Source: a candidate division WOR-3 bacterium (GTDB taxonomy: Bacteria > Hydrothermota > 32-111). Taken from it: a stretch of 64,000 nucleotides of DNA. A program made the translations under genes and the position numbers. The stretch covers positions 277,920-341,919 of the forward strand of contig JBBFKX010000002.1 in the NCBI GenBank assembly GCA_037481815.1. Direction: 5' to 3'. The number at the start of each line of letters is the position of its first letter. Position 1 is the first letter of the stretch. Below, one piece after another: positions 63,007 to 64,000 of the stretch. The notes below the pieces were generated by a model. The model saw only the letters and a list, made by a program, of their open reading frames with translations. It was not told where the DNA came from and ran no database searches.

Positions 63007-63031
63007 CTTTTAAAGATTTATTGAATATGAT
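63003..63031 (+). promoter_or_regulatory. Internal sigma70 promoter for the fourth lipoprotein
   Basis: TTGACT-17-TATGAT; the -35 overlaps the upstream TGA; SD GGAGG follows. Confidence 0.65.
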
Positions 63032-63053
63032 TTTATCAAAGGAGGTATCAAAA

Positions 63054-63536
63054 ATGAAGAAAACTATTTTCTTTCTTTCAGTTATATTACTAATAACTTC
63101 CTGCACTCTATATGTACCCACACCTGATTTCACGATCACATGGATAGATCCTCTTGGAAGTGTTATAACATCAACAACAACTGAAGTTCTTATTAACACA
63201 ATAGATGTTGAAAACAACACTTCTTATGAAGCGATACTCGATAGAATCTCCTATGATTACATCTACAACGGTGATGTAATTTACGATGGACAGGACATCT
63301 GGAATATATACGCTTTACTTCCGCCAACAGTAATAGACACAGCAACTGGAGATCCTATAAAAGGAAAAGCAAGCATTGAAAATATTCCGATCCCAGTTCC
63401 AGCATCAATTTATACCTATATGGATTCAAGAGATATTGAGGGAGTAACTCTGAGGATATATATAAGTGGAACCGATAATATAAATAAAACAAAAAGAACA
63501 ACAAAGTATGTAGATTACGGTATAGCAAAATATTAA
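63054..63536 (+). CDS. Lipoprotein (divergent paralog 4)
   Basis: ATG 63054 after GGAGG; lipobox ITSC; A-x-L-D-R-I-x-Y resembles S-F-I-E-R-I-E-Y of paralog 3. Confidence 0.78.
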   Translation: MKKTIFFLSVILLITSCTLYVPTPDFTITWIDPLGSVITSTTTEVLINTIDVENNTSYEAILDRISYDYIYNGDVIYDGQDIWNIYALLPPTVIDTATGDPIKGKASIENIPIPVPASIYTYMDSRDIEGVTLRIYISGTDNINKTKRTTKYVDYGIAKY

Positions 63537-63542
63537 ATTTAA

Positions 63543-63567
63543 AAGAGGGAGTTAAAAACTCCCTCTT
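63543..63567. terminator. Hairpin between convergent genes (probable bidirectional terminator)
   Basis: AAGAGGGAGTT-AAA-AACTCCCTCTT with A/T-rich flanks. Confidence 0.7.
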
Positions 63568-64000
63568 AATTTTTCCTTAACTCTTTTGACATTCTCTTTC
63601 AGTTTCAAATAATTGGAATCAACCATAAGACCATTTTCAAAACTTTCTTGAGCATTTTCATACGAACCAATAAGGTTATCAAGATGAACAGGTACAAAAC
63701 CAAGAAAACCTGCTGAAAGGTAAAACAAAAGAAACTTTTCGGCAAAATATCCTTCTTCAAAATATGATGCCCCAAGATTATTGTAAGCAAGAGATGAATT
63801 TGGAGAAATTTCCACTATCCTTCGCATCATCTCTCGTGATTTTAAACTCATTCCAAGATTTTTATAAGTCAAACCAAGATTGTAAAGAACCCTTACATTT
63901 TCAGGTTCGATATTTTTAGCTTTTTCAAGAAAATATAATGACTTTAAATAATCTCTTTTTGAAGCATACAAAGTCCCCAGATTTATAAGAGAGTTCGTGT
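63552..64000 (-). CDS. TPR protein (5'-truncated by window edge)
   Basis: Frame open to the edge; LINLGTLY, LYNLGLTY and AYNNLGASY TPRs. Confidence 0.8.
   Translation of the reverse strand, partial: TNSLINLGTLYASKRDYLKSLYFLEKAKNIEPENVRVLYNLGLTYKNLGMSLKSREMMRRIVEISPNSSLAYNNLGASYFEEGYFAEKFLLFYLSAGFLGFVPVHLDNLIGSYENAQESFENGLMVDSNYLKLKENVKRVKEKLRGSF

Noticed and set aside
380-63790. Numerous 60-170 aa ORFs antisense or out of frame to long genes (e.g. 27539-28045, 29168-29632, 21293-21769)
   Set aside because: Shadow ORFs of well-supported genes, with no SD or recognisable motifs.
1-64000. Alternative genetic code (TGA recoding) given the low GC
   Set aside because: TGA terminates several full-length genes (pyrR, thiC, holA-adjacent genes) at the expected positions.

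Overview
An AT-rich, very compact bacterial chromosomal segment read with genetic code 11. I found no mobile element or CRISPR array. The gene content (PorU/PorV-like pair, C25 peptidases, T9SS-type C-terminal domains, Thi4, low GC) suggests an anaerobic diderm from the FCB or WOR-3/TA06-like neighbourhood; this is an inference. In order, the window holds: (1) a long overlapping minus-strand operon linking a CTD protein, a PorU-like sortase, a PorV-like barrel, holA, a CdvA-like coiled-coil protein and a Wzx/Wzy glycan locus; (2) TPR-TPR-hypothetical-pyrR-pyrB-pyrC followed by an atypical class III cyclase; (3) rpmE, rho and a 6-TM MCP; (4) a 3133-aa protein of 32 Ig-like repeats with GNAT, FecR and beta-barrel genes downstream; (5) small Cys-containing exported peptides and an SGNH protein; (6) a TPP-riboswitch thi4-thiD2/E-thiC operon whose thiE appears to start at ACG; (7) a TetR-TolC-MFP-RND efflux operon; (8) a zinc-finger/RomX-like protein, a uridine kinase and tRNA-Thr(CGT); (9) a Kgp-like C25 protease divergent from four tandem lipoproteins. 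Three genes show a precise leaderless promoter architecture. All family calls come from motif recognition by eye, with no database searches.
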